Made by a program: the position numbers and the translations under genes. A stretch of DNA of 53,590 nucleotides from an uncultured Planctomycetia bacterium (GTDB lineage Bacteria; Omnitrophota; Gorgyraeia; 2-02-FULL-51-18), in assembly GCA_964374005.1 (NCBI GenBank), contig CAYJXB010000002.1, positions 1 to 53,590 on the forward strand, written 5' to 3'. The notes under the pieces were generated by a model. The model saw only the letters and a program-made list of their open reading frames with translations, had not been told where the DNA came from and ran no database searches. The stretch's first letter is position 1, and the number at the start of each line of letters is the position of its first letter. Shown in pieces: positions 29,673 through 38,329 of the stretch.

Positions 29673-29909
29673 TCAGGTGGCGCTTTTTTTAAGGACGAAA
29701 CAGAGCTTCCCGGTTTTGTCGATCGTGATATCCAAAAGCTTTTCCTGAAGCGCCTTTTTGTGCTTGGCGCACAGGAGCACCGGAAACATCTCGTCAGGCA
29801 TCGGGACGACATTCGTCACCGTTTCGACCTCGACCGATTCGCTTGCGCCGCAAACCGAACACACCCTTTCAAGCATAACCCCTCCCGGCCTTTCTGCGAC
29901 TTTGCTCAT
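29673..29909 (-). CDS. Hypothetical small protein with CxxC
   Basis: 78-aa ORF with no recognisable RBS, convergent with livF. Confidence 0.35.
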   Translation of the reverse strand: MSKVAERPGGVMLERVCSVCGASESVEVETVTNVVPMPDEMFPVLLCAKHKKALQEKLLDITIDKTGKLCFVLKKSAT

Positions 29910-29973
29910 TTATTTTAACACAAACGAATTTTATCTCATCGCTTAAAGTTTTTTATGATAAAATATCAAAGTC

Positions 29974-30237
29974 ATGCATAAGAAACTGCGATGGGCTGTC
30001 CTGTTTTCGGCGCTCGCGTGGATCGGGTTTGTGTTCACCCTTTGCGCGTATGGTTCGGAATCCGCTGCCTCTGGCCACCGAGGCACGAATATCACGATTG
30101 ATACCAACGATCTGGATCCGATTTCGTTGAATGAGAAAACCGAAGCGAAGGAGAAAAAGCCGGTTATTTATCAAGACGGTCGCATGTCTTTCGATTTTAA
30201 CGAAAACTCCGAACCCAATATCAATACGCGTTTTTGA
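29974..30237 (+). CDS. Hypothetical secreted small protein
   Basis: N-terminal signal-like segment; its stop overlaps the next start (TGATG). Confidence 0.45.
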   Translation: MHKKLRWAVLFSALAWIGFVFTLCAYGSESAASGHRGTNITIDTNDLDPISLNEKTEAKEKKPVIYQDGRMSFDFNENSEPNINTRF

Positions 30238-31055
30238 TGATTTGGATTAGTTTATTTTTAGCCGTTGTTTTACTCGTCGATGCACCGGCATCCGTTTTTG
30301 CACAAGACCCAAGGGCGCCGATTTTGAGCGCCAAGTCCGCGATCGTGGTCAATCCCGATAACGGGCGAATTCTTTACAGTAAAAACCCGCACATGAGGCT
30401 TCCTCCCGCCTCTACGGCGAAAGTCATGACGGCTGTTCTTGCTTTGGAAAATCTGCCTTTAAATAAAAAGATCATCATCAGCTCTCGCGCCACGCGCGTT
30501 GCGCCGAGCAAAGTGAACCTGACCGAGAAGGCGCGCTACAAAGTCAGCGATTTACTAGTCGCGATGCTTGTCGCATCATCCAATGACGCGGCGGTTTCCC
30601 TTGCGGAAGCGGTCGCGGGGAGTGAGGGTGCGTTTGTGGATCTCATGAACGCGAAAGCCAAGTCTCTTGGCATGAACGATACGTATTTTGTCAATGCGAC
30701 CGGGCTCACGGAAAAACGTCACCGTCAATATTCGACGGTAACTGACCTGACTCGGCTCATGCGTCATGCGGTCAAAGACAAAAGCATTGACCGGATTCTT
30801 GGAATTCAGACGGCGACCATCCGCGGAAGCGACGGAAAACCAATTTTTATCAAAAGCCATAACAAAATGTTGTGGCGCGCGCCTCGATTCGTGAAGGGCA
30901 AAACCGGTTGGACCTTCGCCTCCCGCCATACCTTTGTCGGCACGGATTACGCCGCCGATAAACAAATCGTGTTCGCTCTCCTTAGCTCGAAAGAGCCGTG
31001 GCTGGATATCAAACGGCTCGCCGCCTTTGGGCTTCTGATGAAGCATCGCCGCTAG
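30237..31055 (+). CDS. D-alanyl-D-alanine carboxypeptidase (peptidase S11, PBP5-like)
   Basis: ASTAK (SxxK), SSND (SxN), KTGWT (KTG), signal peptide. Confidence 0.8.
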   Translation: MIWISLFLAVVLLVDAPASVFAQDPRAPILSAKSAIVVNPDNGRILYSKNPHMRLPPASTAKVMTAVLALENLPLNKKIIISSRATRVAPSKVNLTEKARYKVSDLLVAMLVASSNDAAVSLAEAVAGSEGAFVDLMNAKAKSLGMNDTYFVNATGLTEKRHRQYSTVTDLTRLMRHAVKDKSIDRILGIQTATIRGSDGKPIFIKSHNKMLWRAPRFVKGKTGWTFASRHTFVGTDYAADKQIVFALLSSKEPWLDIKRLAAFGLLMKHRR

Positions 31056-31649
31056 GTGATTTACCTCGCCTCGACCTCCCCGCGGCGCAAGGCGATTTTA
31101 AAAGGGTCCGGTATTCGGTTTCGTGCGGTGAAGCCGGATTACAACGAGGAGAAACCGGCAGGAAACCTTTCACCGTCCATGGTCGTCAAAAAACATGCGC
31201 TCGCGAAGGCGATATCCGTTGCGAAAAAAGTTAGCAGGGGGATCGTGATCGGCGCCGATACGGTCGTCTATTTTCGCGGAAAAATCATCGGCAAGCCCAA
31301 AAACCTTAAAGAGGCCGTCGGGATTCTAGGGGCGCTCGCAGGGCGCTGGCATCTTGTTTATACCGGCGTGGCTCTGCTCAAAATAAGCGGTGACGCGGTA
31401 AGAAAAAGAATCGTTTTTCACGAAAAAACCAGGGTCCATCTGAAACGCATGAACCGGAAGGCCCTCCGCGGGTATTTCAAGAAGATCCATCCCTTGGACA
31501 AGGCGGGCGCCTACGCCATTCAATCGAAGCGGGCCGGCCACGAGGCCGGCCGGCCTTTGGCCGGCATCGTGCAGGAGATCCGGGGCTCTTATTCGAACGC
31601 CATGGGGTTGCCGGTCGAAAAATTATGTGATAGACTTAAAAAATTATGA
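31056..31649 (+). CDS. maf: Maf-family nucleoside-triphosphate pyrophosphatase
   Basis: IYLASTSPRR, GADTVV, DKAGAYAIQ ... GSYSNAMGLP. It carries palindromic element copy 2. Confidence 0.85.
   Translation: MIYLASTSPRRKAILKGSGIRFRAVKPDYNEEKPAGNLSPSMVVKKHALAKAISVAKKVSRGIVIGADTVVYFRGKIIGKPKNLKEAVGILGALAGRWHLVYTGVALLKISGDAVRKRIVFHEKTRVHLKRMNRKALRGYFKKIHPLDKAGAYAIQSKRAGHEAGRPLAGIVQEIRGSYSNAMGLPVEKLCDRLKKL
31533..31565. repeat. 33-nt GC-rich palindromic element, copy 2 (in frame in maf)
   Basis: gccggccacgaggccggccggcctttggccggc = AGHEAGRPLAG. Confidence 0.9.
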
Positions 31650-31918
31650 ATCTCTTTAGAGGGGAGGGCATTGACCTTGGCTTTGTTGACATAAAAAGCC
31701 AAATAATAATATTGGCACTGTCCATTTTCTTGTTTATATTCACCGGCATTTCATCAATAAAATCAAAAAGATTGTATAACCCAAGTGGAAATGTGCCACA
31801 GGGTGATGAAGTCGTGCAAGGGAAATGGGCTCTCATTTGGGGTTGGATTTTCATTATTTTAGGGATTCTTTTAGGAATCGGATTAATTGACACCCTTTGG
31901 CAAAGGATCAACCGGTGA
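31646..31918 (+). CDS. Hypothetical small membrane protein (2 TM)
   Basis: ATGA overlap with the maf stop; two hydrophobic segments. Confidence 0.45.
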   Translation: MNLFRGEGIDLGFVDIKSQIIILALSIFLFIFTGISSIKSKRLYNPSGNVPQGDEVVQGKWALIWGWIFIILGILLGIGLIDTLWQRINR

Positions 31919-31990
31919 ATCCTTTGGCCTGGGTCGTCATTCGTTATTCTTAACGGTTTTTCTTCAAGCGTAAATTCAAGCGTACCGGTA

Positions 31991-32027
31991 TTGACAGATT
32001 ATGTACAATCATGTACACTTATGTACA
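31991..32027 (+). promoter_or_regulatory. Promoter with three phased ATGTACA operator-like repeats
   Basis: TTGACA (31991-96), 17-nt spacer, TACACT (32014-19). ATGTACA at 32001, 32011 and 32021 (10-bp phasing). AAGGAGG RBS, then ATG at 32043. Confidence 0.55.
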
Positions 32028-32042
32028 TAAGGAGGATAACCC

Positions 32043-32276
32043 ATGACAAAGACAACATTCACTGAGCTTAGAAAGCACGCCAAGACCTATTTTGATTCGG
32101 TTGAACGGGGGGCGACCATCCAAGTTTTAAGGCATGGTAAGGTGATAGCTGAGATTACCCCTCCGCATGAAAGCGCGGAAAATAAAACATGGAAAAAACC
32201 AGGACTTAAACTTAAAATTTTAGGTGTCTCGGGGAGCAAGGTTATTATCAAGGAACGCGGAGAATCTCGCTTTTGA
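32043..32276 (+). CDS. Phd/YefM-family antitoxin
   Basis: TFTELRKHAKTYFDSVERGATIQVLRHGKVIAEI; 4-nt overlap with the PIN gene. Confidence 0.7.
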   Translation: MTKTTFTELRKHAKTYFDSVERGATIQVLRHGKVIAEITPPHESAENKTWKKPGLKLKILGVSGSKVIIKERGESRF

Positions 32277-32686
32277 AATTCTACTTTGATTCCTCCGCGC
32301 TCCTAAAAAGGTACATCGCCGAAAAAGGAAGCGATCTCATTGACGGTCTTTTTCTTGAAGCGGATTCCGTGGTGGTAAGCAGCATTTGTTTACTGGAGAT
32401 CATATCTGCCCTCTCGCGGCTTCGTAGAGAAAAAAAACTGAACGCCCACCAATACAACCAATGCAAGAGGGCCGCACTAGAGGACTTCGCGGCATTTGAA
32501 GTGTGTCAATTGTCGTCCGAAGTGTTGAGAACAACCATTCATATTTTGGAACACAGCGAATTGCGAGCGGCAGATGCCCTGCACGTGGCATCTGCGATCA
32601 ATGCCAAAGTATCCCGATTTGTTTCAAGCGATGCCAAGCAGATCATCACGGCCAAAGAATTCAATTTGACGGTGGATTCGGTCTGA
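32273..32686 (+). CDS. vapC: PIN-domain toxin (VapC-like)
   Basis: MKFYFDSSALLKRY, LRAADALHVASA, FVSSD. Confidence 0.75.
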   Translation: MKFYFDSSALLKRYIAEKGSDLIDGLFLEADSVVVSSICLLEIISALSRLRREKKLNAHQYNQCKRAALEDFAAFEVCQLSSEVLRTTIHILEHSELRAADALHVASAINAKVSRFVSSDAKQIITAKEFNLTVDSV

Positions 32687-32711
32687 CACCAATATTTGGA
32701 GGTCTAACGAG

Positions 32712-33188
32712 GTGAGCGACAAAATTCCAATGACTCGTGAGGGTTATGACAAGCTGGTAAAGGAGCTTGAGTATTTGAAAACCAGCAAGCGCCGGGCGAT
32801 CGCGGAGGACATCGCAAAGGCCAGGGCATTCGGAGACTTGAAAGAAAACGCGGAATATGACGCGGCTAAAAATAACCAGGCGCATAATGAGAGGAAGATT
32901 GCCGACATCGAGCAGCGGCTTGAGCGGGTGCAGATCATTGACGAGACGAAAATCCCGAAAGACCAGGTGTTTATCGGCGCAACCGTGAAGCTTAAAGATC
33001 TTGGCACGAATGAAGAACTCAACTATTCGATCGTCCCTCAGGATGAGGCCGATTTTGACCAGGGGAAAATCTCAGTGACCTCTCCGATCGCGAAAGGGCT
33101 TCTTGGTTTAAAGGTGGGTGATACCGCTCAGATCAAAATTCCCGCCGGCACCCTTAAGTACAAAGTGCTGAAGATATCCCGCCAATAA
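32712..33188 (+). CDS. greA: Transcription elongation factor GreA
   Basis: MTREGYDKLVKELEYLK, GDLKENAEYDAAK, SVTSPIAKGLLG. Confidence 0.9.
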   Translation: MSDKIPMTREGYDKLVKELEYLKTSKRRAIAEDIAKARAFGDLKENAEYDAAKNNQAHNERKIADIEQRLERVQIIDETKIPKDQVFIGATVKLKDLGTNEELNYSIVPQDEADFDQGKISVTSPIAKGLLGLKVGDTAQIKIPAGTLKYKVLKISRQ

Positions 33189-33320
33189 ATAACCAATAAC
33201 CAAGCACCAATTTCCAAATAATAACCAATCCCCAATTACCAATAGCCAAACACGTGTTTGGAGCTTGAAATTTGAGTGTTGGAATTTATTTGGATCTTGT
33301 GATTTGGTTATTGGTTATTT
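33187..33320. repeat. 134-nt imperfect hairpin made of two inverted CCAA-rich units
   Basis: aaataaccaataaccaa (33187-203) pairs perfectly with ttggttattggttattt (33304-320). The centre is aaacacgtgttt. The right arm is the reverse complement of the unit seen at 46874 and 53451. Confidence 0.85.
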
Positions 33321-33418
33321 ATTAGAGGGATATTTTGAAATCTAAGATCAGTCTTCAAATTCCGCGGCCCCGCGCGCAAGGGACGGGAGTGATTTTTGCG
33401 GCTTTGTACAAATTAGAT

Positions 33419-33447
33419 TTGACATACATACCAAAATAAGATATATA
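33419..33447 (+). promoter_or_regulatory. Sigma70-like promoter for the Rrf2 operon
   Basis: TTGACA (33419-24), 17-nt spacer, TATATA (33442-47). Confidence 0.5.
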
Positions 33448-33482
33448 TATCCGAAATAGCATTCTTGAGCTTGGGGGTGGGT

Positions 33483-33962
33483 ATGATTTACTCGAAAACG
33501 TGCGAATATGCGATAAGGGCGCTTAGCTGTTTTGCCGGTCATAGTGAAAAAAAATGGGTGTCGGTCGAGGAGGTAAGTAGGGAAGCGGGAGTTCCTTGCC
33601 CGTATGTGGCGAAGATCTTTCAGTGCCTTGTCCAAGAAAAAATATTGAATTCGCACCGCGGGCCCGGCGGCGGGTACTCGCTTATGATAGACCCTTCCAA
33701 AATCACGCTTATAAAGGTGATTCAGGCTCTGGATGATCTGGAAAAATCCCCTTTTTCAAACTGTATTATGGGACTGCATCAGTGCGGCGATGGGAATCCT
33801 TGTCCTTTGCACCACACATGGATGAAAGCCAAGGATAAGATGCTAAAAAAGTTATCCAGCTGTTCTATTTCAGATGTGGCAGGGTTGGTGGATAAATTTG
33901 AAAGTAGTAAATGCGACCGAATCACGCTTTCCGAAAGCATGAGGGCAATATTCACGACCTAG
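33483..33962 (+). CDS. Rrf2-family (IscR/NsrR-like) transcriptional regulator
   Basis: MIYSKTCEYAIRAL, GPGGGYSL, Cys cluster C-x6-C-x5-C. Start taken at the ATG at 33483. Confidence 0.8.
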   Translation: MIYSKTCEYAIRALSCFAGHSEKKWVSVEEVSREAGVPCPYVAKIFQCLVQEKILNSHRGPGGGYSLMIDPSKITLIKVIQALDDLEKSPFSNCIMGLHQCGDGNPCPLHHTWMKAKDKMLKKLSSCSISDVAGLVDKFESSKCDRITLSESMRAIFTT

Positions 33963-35041
33963 ATTTTGAGCAAACCCCATTTATTGTTATTTGGGAGATG
34001 ACCCGCTCTTGCGCGTTAAAATGCGTTCACTGCCGCGCCGAAGCCGTCGGACAAAGAAGTCCGGATGAATTGAACGAAAAAGAAGCCTTTGAGCTTTTGT
34101 GTGAGGTACGGCGCTTCGGAAACCCTCTCATGGTTTTGACCGGAGGGGATCCGATGCGCAGGCCCGAGGTATTCAATATCGTGAGATACGGAACCGGTCT
34201 CGGGCTGCGGATGGCCGTGACTCCCAGCGCGACGGACGAGATGACCCGCGAAAAAGTGGGGAAGTTAAAGGAAGCGGGTGTCGCGCGGCTGGCAGTGAGT
34301 CTTGATGGGTCAATGCCCGAAATTCATGATGCCCTCAGGAAAGTGGAGGGTTCTTATCAGTGGACGCTTGATATTATCCGGTGGGCCAATGAGATAGAGC
34401 TTCCGGTACAGATCAACACAACTATCACAAGGCTTAATATCGAGGACGTTGACGCCCTTTGCTCGCTGATGGAATCTTTGAAGATCGTTCTTTGGTCCGT
34501 TTTCTTTTTGGTTCCTGTAGGGCGAGGAAAACTTGAAGACGAAATCCGCGGCTCGGAGTACGAACTCGTATTCAACAAAATGGTTGATCTTTCCAGAAGG
34601 TGTTCTTTTGATATCAAATCCACCGAAGCGCCCCATTACCGGCGGGTTGTTATCCAAAGAAACAAAAAAGCCCACGAGCTCCATCAAAACCTCTTTGGCG
34701 ATGGCATAGGCAGATCGACTCAAGGAGTAAACGACGGAAAAGGTTTTTTATTCATTTCTCACACGGGCGAGATTTATCCTAGCGGATTTCTTCCTGTGTC
34801 CGCAGGGAACGTCCGGAAGGATTCTTTGACGGATGTTTATCGGGAATCGTCCCTTTTCAAAAGGTTGCGAGATTATTCCCAATTGAAAGGAAAGTGCGGC
34901 GTTTGCGAATATCGGACGGTCTGCGGCGGCTCGCGTGCCCGCGCATGGAGCGTTTCGGGGGATTACATGCAGTCCGACCCTTTTTGTGTTTATGTTCCAA
35001 AGGGCTATGAGATAGACGAAAAAGAGAGAAGATTCTGGTGA
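33911..35041 (+). CDS. Radical SAM / SPASM-domain protein (AhbD/NirJ-like)
   Basis: CALKCVHC (CxxxCxxC), LTGGDP, SLDG, C-terminal Cys cluster CGVCEYRTVCGG. Confidence 0.7.
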   Translation: MRPNHAFRKHEGNIHDLDFEQTPFIVIWEMTRSCALKCVHCRAEAVGQRSPDELNEKEAFELLCEVRRFGNPLMVLTGGDPMRRPEVFNIVRYGTGLGLRMAVTPSATDEMTREKVGKLKEAGVARLAVSLDGSMPEIHDALRKVEGSYQWTLDIIRWANEIELPVQINTTITRLNIEDVDALCSLMESLKIVLWSVFFLVPVGRGKLEDEIRGSEYELVFNKMVDLSRRCSFDIKSTEAPHYRRVVIQRNKKAHELHQNLFGDGIGRSTQGVNDGKGFLFISHTGEIYPSGFLPVSAGNVRKDSLTDVYRESSLFKRLRDYSQLKGKCGVCEYRTVCGGSRARAWSVSGDYMQSDPFCVYVPKGYEIDEKERRFW

Positions 35042-36480
35042 AGCGCGTAGCGATCATAGGGGGAGGTGTTTCGGGTCTCGCCTGCGCTTTTCGACTGACA
35101 GAGTTAAAACGGAAAAATAAAAATGATTTTGAAATTTTTGTTTTTGAAGCGAAATCGCAAGCGGGAGGAACAATTGCGACTGAAAAAAGAGACGGTTTTA
35201 TTTTTGAAAAGGGACCCGATTCCTTTATTTCCGAAGATCCAGACGCTTTGAATTTCTGCAGGCGGCTGGGGATCGGTCCCAAGGTGATAAATACACAGGA
35301 GCAAAGCAGAAAAATATCGGTTGTAAGGCGTGGCAGCCTTATTGTCCTTCCTGAAGGATTTTATTTAGTAGCTCCCGGGAATCTGCGCTCATTCATTAAG
35401 ACGCCTCTTTTCTCTTTGCCTGGCAAAGTGAGGATGATTTCGGAAATTTTCATGCCGGGAAAACAGTCGCCTCAAGATGAGAGCGTGGGCGTGTTTATAA
35501 GAAGGCGGTTTGGCAGAGAGGCTTTGGAGAGAGTGGGGCAACCCATGATCGGTGGCATTTACTCGGGAGATCCCGAGAGATTAAGCGCCTGCGAAACAAT
35601 GCCGATCTTCAAGAGCTTTGAGCGTCAATACGGGAGCGTGATCCGAGGGCTGATGGCAAAGAGAAGGCGGCGGGAAGGCGCTTTTGAAGAAGCCAACGGC
35701 CCACGGCTTAGTTTGTTTTTGTCTTTTGAAGAGGGGATGGAAACATTGATTCGCGCCATGGTTTCCGGTCTGGAGCCCGGGACCTTAATGCTGGGGCAGG
35801 AGGCGACGGAACTGGCTTATGATCGGGAGAGGCCGGGCTGGCGGGTTATCACCAAAAACGGGAAGGAATGCACCGCGGATGTGGTGTGTTCGTCGATTTC
35901 CGCCAGCAACATGTGCTTGCTTTTAAAAGAAACGGCTTCGGATCTTGCCAGGAAATTGAACGAAGTGTCTTATCACTCAGTTGCGACTATTAACTTCGCC
36001 TACCGGGAGGAAGATATTGCCGACCCGCTTGCCGGTTCCGGGTTTGTCGTGCCTTCCACGGAACGAAAATCGCTCACCGCCTGCACGTTTAGCAACAGAA
36101 AGTTTAAAAACAGGGCGCCGCAGGGGCATGTGGTTTTGCGCGCGTTCGTGGGCGGGGCGTTTGGAAAGAAATATTATGAGATGGAGGATAAGGAACTTAC
36201 AGAAAAAGTTCAGAGCGACTTGGCGTCTTTATTGGGAATTAAAAAAAACCCTCTTTTTTGGTCGCTTGCCCGTTTTCCACGTCGCATGGCCCAGTATCGG
36301 GTAGGGCATAAGCTCCTCATTTCGGAAATTGAATGCGAGCTAAGCCGTTACAAAGGCCTCTTTTTGACAGGGTGCGCCTACCGTGGGTCGGGTGTTCCGA
36401 ATGCCATAAAAGACGGACAGGCGCAGGCAGAACGGATCTACGAGGAACTTAACGAGGAGTTCTCCGATGGCAGGGGTTGA
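35038..36480 (+). CDS. hemY: Protoporphyrinogen/coproporphyrinogen III oxidase (HemY/CgoX family, FAD)
   Basis: VAIIGGGVSGLA dinucleotide fold, family-like length and C-terminal GCAYRGSGVP. Confidence 0.75.
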   Translation: MKRVAIIGGGVSGLACAFRLTELKRKNKNDFEIFVFEAKSQAGGTIATEKRDGFIFEKGPDSFISEDPDALNFCRRLGIGPKVINTQEQSRKISVVRRGSLIVLPEGFYLVAPGNLRSFIKTPLFSLPGKVRMISEIFMPGKQSPQDESVGVFIRRRFGREALERVGQPMIGGIYSGDPERLSACETMPIFKSFERQYGSVIRGLMAKRRRREGAFEEANGPRLSLFLSFEEGMETLIRAMVSGLEPGTLMLGQEATELAYDRERPGWRVITKNGKECTADVVCSSISASNMCLLLKETASDLARKLNEVSYHSVATINFAYREEDIADPLAGSGFVVPSTERKSLTACTFSNRKFKNRAPQGHVVLRAFVGGAFGKKYYEMEDKELTEKVQSDLASLLGIKKNPLFWSLARFPRRMAQYRVGHKLLISEIECELSRYKGLFLTGCAYRGSGVPNAIKDGQAQAERIYEELNEEFSDGRG

Positions 36481-36516
36481 ATCGTGAACGAGGATACCTC
36501 AAGGAGGAATATTTAG

Positions 36517-37596
36517 ATGCAGATCGGTACGAAAATGATAAAAGAAAATAACTGGCCTATCATTGCTTTCTTTGCGGTCACGGCGGCGGGGGCGCTTGTG
36601 GGGGCGCCCTTGGTTGTTCACCGCTTTGGGATTTCTCTCTCGGAAATCTTGCTTTTTTTGTTTTTCGTCGCGGCCACGGGCATGAGCATCACGGTGGGTT
36701 ATCACCGGTTTTATTCTCACCGGACGTTTCAAGCCAACCCTCTCGTCGAGTTCCTTATCTTATTTTTCGGAGCGGCGGCCTTTGAGCAATCCGTCCTGGA
36801 CTGGTCATCGCAGCATCGGGATCATCATCGGTATGTTGATACCGAAAGGGACCCCTACAGCATCAAAAAAGGTTTTTGGTACGCCCATATCGGGTGGATG
36901 ACTTTGTGGAAACAACAGCCTGACTACAATAATGTTAAGGATCTTTTGAAAAACAAGCTCGTGATGCACCAGCACAATTATTACGTGGCGTGGGCCGTGA
37001 CCGCGGGGATTCTTTTTCCTCTCTTTTTGGGGTTTTTAAGCGGCCATGCGCTTGGCGCGCTTGTTTTTTCGGTTTGCGTTCGTCTGACCCTTGTTTATCA
37101 CGCCACTTTCTGCATCAACTCCGTCTGTCATGTATTTGGGAAGGCCACCTATGATATCGATGCGACGGCCAAAGACAATTGGTTGACTGCTTTTTTGACC
37201 AACGGGGAAGGGTATCATAATTTTCACCATCGATTTCCGTCGGACTACCGGAATGGCGTCCGCTGGTGTCAATGGGATCCGAGCAAGTGGATGGTTGCCT
37301 TGCTTGAAAAGACGGGGTTTGCGACGGGTTTGAAGCGGACGCCGGTCTTTCAGATATTGCGCGCCCGCCTCGCGGCGCAAAACGCTCTTGCCTCGCGGTC
37401 TCTCGGCTGGGGCAGGGCATGTTGTCCGCGTGCCACAAGAATACTCGAATGGAATTACCGTCTCCTCGAGAAGAAACTGCAGGAGTGGGAGGCGACGTCA
37501 CTTGAGTTGGAACGAAAAGCGCGCCTGGCGTTTGAAACCCGCTATCGCCGTTGGGATAGGTGGACAAGCCGGCTTTTAGCGTCCGCCGCCATTTGA
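36517..37596 (+). CDS. Acyl-CoA (delta-9-type) fatty acid desaturase
   Basis: Three His boxes HRFYSH, HRDHHRY, HNFHHRF. Confidence 0.85.
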   Translation: MQIGTKMIKENNWPIIAFFAVTAAGALVGAPLVVHRFGISLSEILLFLFFVAATGMSITVGYHRFYSHRTFQANPLVEFLILFFGAAAFEQSVLDWSSQHRDHHRYVDTERDPYSIKKGFWYAHIGWMTLWKQQPDYNNVKDLLKNKLVMHQHNYYVAWAVTAGILFPLFLGFLSGHALGALVFSVCVRLTLVYHATFCINSVCHVFGKATYDIDATAKDNWLTAFLTNGEGYHNFHHRFPSDYRNGVRWCQWDPSKWMVALLEKTGFATGLKRTPVFQILRARLAAQNALASRSLGWGRACCPRATRILEWNYRLLEKKLQEWEATSLELERKARLAFETRYRRWDRWTSRLLASAAI

Positions 37597-37621
37597 CGCG
37601 CCCGACTGGAAGGAAAATTCA

Positions 37622-38329
37622 ATGAACTGGTCCGTTTTTCCGGAAGACGTGTCGGTGTTTGGTCATAAAGTTGACGATCTTTTTTATCTGGCGTTTTGGT
37701 TGACGGCGGTCACTTTTGTTTTGGTGGTGGGGATTTTGGGTTATTTTATCTGGCGCTATCGCTCGAAAAACGCCCCTAAGCCGTATTATACGCATGGAAA
37801 AAGCTTTGGTGCGACGATGCTGACCGTGGGTCTAGCGATCGTGGTTTTTATCGTGATTGATATCAATTTGGCTGTCCATGACCATTTTGCCTGGGAAGAT
37901 TTCTTGGGAAAGCCGGCTTCGCCGGATGCCTTGCGTGTCGAGATTATGCCGGAACAATTCGTGTGGAATATTCGCTACGCGGGTGCCGACGGGAAATTTG
38001 GCACGGCCGATGATGTTGCCAATATAAATGAGTTGCATGTGCCGGTTGGCCGTGACGTCGTCGTGGCGCTCAAGTCCAAGGACGTAATTCATAGTTTTTC
38101 CCTGCCGAATTTTCGAGTTAAGCAAGACGCCGTTCCGGGAATGGTGACCTATCTAAAATTCAAAGCGGCAAAAAAAGGCTCATTTGATATTGCCTGCGCC
38201 GAACATTGCGGGTTGGCTCATTATCGTATGAGAGGAATGTTGACCGTCGAGTCGCCGGAAGTGTTCCAGTCGTGGCTTTCCGGCCAGCCGCTTCAAGGCC
38301 CAGACAACAATTGGGGATGGGTATGGTAG
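37622..38329 (+). CDS. coxB: Cytochrome c oxidase subunit II
   Basis: Two N-terminal TM segments; CuA site HSFSLP...CAEHCGLAHYRM. Confidence 0.85.
   Translation: MNWSVFPEDVSVFGHKVDDLFYLAFWLTAVTFVLVVGILGYFIWRYRSKNAPKPYYTHGKSFGATMLTVGLAIVVFIVIDINLAVHDHFAWEDFLGKPASPDALRVEIMPEQFVWNIRYAGADGKFGTADDVANINELHVPVGRDVVVALKSKDVIHSFSLPNFRVKQDAVPGMVTYLKFKAAKKGSFDIACAEHCGLAHYRMRGMLTVESPEVFQSWLSGQPLQGPDNNWGWVW

Noticed and set aside
34277-34294. G-V-A-R-L-A in the radical SAM gene as an extra junction motif
   Set aside because: It lies inside a conserved radical SAM core segment (AGVARLAVSLDG) of an ordinary single-domain protein, so it is a coincidental look-alike. RGARNL in malate synthase and AGARNR in the PMM module are likewise internal.
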